DNA of 64,000 nt from Euglena gracilis (lineage: Eukaryota), in the NCBI GenBank assembly GCA_039621445.1, contig CP154954.1, forward strand, positions 30,322,395-30,386,394, written 5' to 3'. The translations under genes were made by a program, and so were the position numbers. How positions within the stretch are numbered: the stretch's first letter is position 1; each line of letters opens with the position of its first letter. Positions 59,801-64,000 of the stretch are shown here, one piece after another. The notes under the pieces are model-generated. The model was given only the letters and a program-made list of their open reading frames with translations, had not been told where the DNA came from and did not search any database.

Positions 59801-62800
59801 CAAAAGAAGAATTTGTCTCCAGACTGGAACGACTGGTCGGCAGGGGTGCAGTATCCAAAGCCTGCAATTTGTTGACTTCTGAGGGCGTTCAAGATCCCGA
59901 CAACCCCTTGGTACGCGAACGCCCCCGGCAATTACATCCACATGAACCGCCTCCTGGACTTGGCCCGGCGACCATGAGACGTTCGCTACCAGCTGCCACT
60001 TCTGAGGAAGACATGCAACAACGCCGGACCATAGTGCGAAAGGCAGTCTTCAGCTTTGGCCCAGAATCCTCCCCAGGCCCCTCTGGCTTGAGGCCCGACC
60101 ACCTTCGGTGTTTGCTGGGTCATGATGCAGGTTGCCATGCAGATGACCTTTTGGACGAACTCACGACCTTCTGTTACCGCACCATTGACAATGGGCTGCC
60201 AAAAGGACCTGCAGCAATCATGGCAGCAGCCAGACTGACAGCCTTGCGGAAAGTGAAGGCAGCAAAAAAACACCGATGATTTTGGCAACCAATGCCCACC
60301 TACTCCAGAAGAAGAGGGAACCAGGCCCATAGCAGCGGGCGAGTGCCTGCGTCGTCTGGTGGGAAAAATGATCATTAGACAGGAAGTGGTGAGAACAGCA
60401 GTTCACAACAATCTACCTGGACAGTTTGGCGTTGGCCATTCTGATCCTTGTTCCATTGTCGCCATTGGGCTTCAGCAGCTTGTTGGGCGGAGCCCCCAAC
60501 CCCACCCACCCCCACCCCTGCCTAACCTCCTTCACGCAGAATGTATCGGACTGCTGTTTCCAGTTGTTCTAGGGTGCCCACGAGATGGGCATCGTCCAAG
60601 TACCATGCTTGCCATCCGACCAGCTCACCCACTTTTTCAACCAGATTTTGAATTGCAATTGCGAACGCCGCAGGACCACATGGGTCACCTTGTTGCACGC
60701 CACTTTTGCTGCGGAAGGAGGTTGAACCATAGTACAAAGTGGAATGCTCACTGTAGCAGCTCTCCATCCATGCTGTCATCTCAGGGCAGCGTTCTCGAAC
60801 AGCGTCCAACATACCTTCACGGCGCAGGCAGTTGAAGGCATTTGCAAAGTCCAATTGCAGCCCTAAAGGAATTTCATGGAGAAACTTCACTGGTGAAGTT
60901 CACCGGTGAAGTTCACCGGTGAAGTTCGTCCATGAATTTCCAATGAAGAGGGGGGGTGGGGGGGTCCCGCCCGAAAACCCCAAAGTTCACCGCCTGATCT
61001 CCGAAGGACCCCTCATTGGGGTTTCCCTGAATATGTACAAGTGTCGGTTGTGGGGACCTGCCTTTGGAATGGAATGGTCCAGCCTCCCAACCAACACAAC
61101 CCCGCTCCAACAAATCCCAGTGCAGGCATATTCTGAAGCAAGTGGCCTCAAGGACCTTGGACTGCCAGTCTGCCACCCAGCAGGGGGGGGGGGGTTCGCC
61201 TCCACTGTCTGGGCTCCACAAGTTGAAATGGTTCTGAAGGCATGCAATCTCCTACAGCTTGTGCCAAGTGCCCATGTCCAGTACACCCTTTTGCGACAGT
61301 GTTTGGATGCGTGTCGCGTCAATGACTTATTGAGGGGAACTCCACTGCCTCTAGCTTGGGACCAATGCTTGTTGCTGAGCCACTGTTTACGAAACACACT
61401 GAGTTGCACCATGACAGCACCAGTTGATGACAACCAGTGGTCACAGGGGGGACTAGGAATTAAGGATCCGCAGGAATGCCGACTCGCTGCACGATGGTCA
61501 GCCCAACTGGACTTTCTCCAAAGGGCTGAAACGATGCTGGGGCTGCCAGACTTTGTAATCCGCAATATGAAACCACCGGATTTTGACTCCGCACTGACAT
61601 TGCTCAAAATCGTTGTGGTTGAAGGTCAGCCCCTGCAGGCCTTAACTGATGACTGCACCCGTGCCACCCAACTACCACGAGAGATGGTGTCACAGAAACA
61701 CTGGGGAAACGTCTGCTCAATTCTGCGCCAAAAGAAACTGGAAAAGTCCCTGTCCGGATCCGATGTCATTCAATTTTCCTGCCAAACAAGGCCTCATGCC
61801 ATGGCCTGGACGTGTGCAGTCCCCTGTGCTGGCACAAAAACCCTTGTTCCCACAAAAGAAGTTGTTGCCCTCCTCCAATGGACGCTTGGCGCTCCTGTGG
61901 TAAAAACAGAAGAAAGCAACTCTCCTGGATGTCCTCGATGCATGAGCCCACTTGACACAGCCGGCCACCACCTCGTCTGCTGCCACGGTAACAACCTCGT
62001 TCGGCGGCACGGGGCAGTGCAAAGCTTTGTCTTGAATCTGGCACAACGAGCTGGCTTCCCTGCACGTCGAGAAGAAAAAGCCGAGGATGGAACACGACCG
62101 GGTGATGTTTTTATCACTCGATTCGACGCAAATGGTCCCGTAGCCATTGATGTCACAGTGAGGCACCCACTTGCACCCTCCAGGTCACCTCCAGCTCAGG
62201 TGGACAATTGGCACAATCGACAGGAGACAAAATCGCCAAATATGGGGAGCCTTGCAAGCGACGCGGTTGGACATTTATCCCACTGGTGATGGACTGTTAC
62301 GGTGGCATGAGTGAAGCAGGCCAAGGATTCGTCTCCACATGCATCCGCCTCCAAACAAGCCAACATAACGGCTGGGAGAGGCGTGGTGTGGAGGCCAGTG
62401 CATGGCAGGGGCTTGGAATGGCTTTGATGCGCGAGTTGGCACGACAACTGGCATGGGGACAGTGTCCTGAGCAACTGCTTGACTGCAGTAGCGCTGGTAA
62501 GCGTTCCCCGTATTTCTGACTGTGACTTCATCCAGTGCACCTGCCACCTCTATCACCTCTACCACCCTCGGTGGCCCACACAGAACAATGGCCACGGGGC
62601 CATCTTTCTTACCTACCACACTCGGACGGCTCTGAAAACAAAAACACCAAGAAAAATCAGCAAATGACACAAACACGCCAACAGTGGCAAGCAAAGCACA
62701 CACCCCCCTCTCTCCCCGCCGTATATATTGAAGATGGGACTTTCCCATTTTCCTCTAACCACTGACCGCGGGACATGCCTTTGTACTTTCTGTACTTTAC

Positions 62801-62930
62801 ACCCATAGTATCTACCGGCGACCTGTGGCCGCACAGGGAGTCACGAGGAGTTTCTCCTTGTGGCGAGGGCCAAAAGAGACGTCTCCCTGGGCCCGGGGCA
62901 CGGTCTGGGTGAAGCTGTGCTACCCGTAGT
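56855..62930 (+). mobile_element. Near full-length decayed CRE-like non-LTR retrotransposon with an inverted RT core
   Basis: 2A-like GDIQPNPGP, SPGPSGLRPDHL, RPIAAGECLRRL, QFGVG; LDFANAFN/GVQQGDP/WYLDD on - (60531-60865); GGLGI, CPRC..GHHLVC..RRH, RPGDV..AIDVTVRH (RLE). Confidence 0.9.
57999..58669. mobile_element. MITE with CA(A/G)GGTTGACG TIR; related copy begins at 49946
   Basis: CAAGGTTGACG / CGTCAACCCTG in a C-run; the empty-site motif AAAGGCCCCCCTGACACCATT is seen at ~44425. Confidence 0.8.
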
Positions 62931-63696
62931 GAATGTTTTGTTCAAAAAAGAACCCAACATTACACCACTTCTCAGACGCTTAATCCACCTCGATCATTTG
63001 CAGTGAAAGGATGAAATGTGACAGCACAGGAACACGCAAGGGAGGCACAGGGGTTGTGTGAAGCATGAATTGGCTTATCGACTGCCCCCCCCCCGTTTGG
63101 TTGATTATGTGACAGGTTTGGGAGGTGTCCCAGTGGTGATGCCTTCACCTGGGAATTTACAGCTGGAGGTCTCGGGGGAGGGCCTAGCCCCCTTGGGGGG
63201 GGCCCAGTCCCCCATGATGGAGGAGTCTTTCACCTGTCGTTTTGGCTGCCCGACTCCTGTCAAAGTACCAAGATGTGGTATCATCAAGCCCTGTAGGTGG
63301 GGGGGGGGGCTTCAAAACGTGGCAAAGCGAGGTGGCGCCACGATTCCTATGCAGTGCCGGAATCGGTGGTACGGCAAGCAATCCTTAACTTAACGTGGAT
63401 GCCGTCAATGAGGAGACCACGGCCTGATTGATGAAATGACTCTCCACGGTCCGGGTCCAGATAATAAATTTTTTTGAAGATACAAAAACCTCTGATTTTT
63501 TGAGATTTTCAGAAAAGCGTGGTTTCCTTTTGGTGGAAATGATGCCAGAGAACACAAATTTCACAAAAAAAATCTGAAAAGGGGTAGGGGGGTATCCGAG
63601 ACCCTTTTTCTCGACCCCCCTAAACGACCCTCCCCTGAGTGACCCTCCGGGGTCCTAGCCGGGACCAAAGGGGGGTCATTCAGGGGGGGGTCTTCC

Positions 63697-63900
63697 TTGT
63701 GGAGGAAATCCATGCAGTGTGCGGTTGGCAGGCATGGTATTTGGATGACGCCCACGTCGTGGGGAACCCGCGACAACTCGAAGCGGTAGTACACCTCGTG
63801 TTGGAGGAAGGACCTCTCGTTGGTGTTGCCTTGAATGCCGAGAAGTGCACCCTGTGGGGCCCCGCCTTCAACCCAGACTGGGCTTCAGTGAACGTCCAAA
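63697..63900 (+). mobile_element. CRE-like RT fragment
   Basis: GWQAWYLDDAHVVG...EEGPLVGVALNAEKCTLWGPAF. Confidence 0.88.
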
Positions 63901-64000
63901 GCTTTCCCTTTTCCCCTTTTAGGATCGTTTTTTGGCTCCTCGAGCCGACTTGTGTCGGAAATTTTTTCCCATTCTGCACCCCCCTGTGGCCGAAGCTGGG

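Overview
Repeat-saturated eukaryotic DNA, most likely from a euglenid (inferred from intron type). The only host gene is the 3' part of UDP-glucose 6-dehydrogenase (UGDH; 10 exons, ~1285-10720, + strand). Its nine introns fit the euglenid nonconventional type, whose ends base-pair (CAG at +4..+6 with CTG at -8..-6). Main observation: 3 nt lie before the stem and 5 nt (4 in two introns) after it, which equals the 8-bp (or 7-bp) target-site duplications of the CAG...CTG MITEs scattered in this window. Several introns retain degenerate TSDs, intron 1 begins with the terminus of one of these MITE families, and the spliced junctions share a palindromic GY....RC target-like consensus. This suggests seamlessly spliced P/hAT-like elements acting as intron generators. 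The remaining ~53 kb is nested, mostly decayed mobile DNA: two related tRNA-iMet-primed LTR elements with TG...CT ends, a small LTR element with a Tf1-like self-priming site, a DIRS element, several CRE-like (RLE) non-LTR elements with 2A-like motifs and a covarying structured terminal RNA, and a Ty3/Gypsy pol fragment with a Dam-like N6-adenine methyltransferase domain in frame upstream of RT. Three retroelements carry internal inversions. All calls were made by eye, without database searches.
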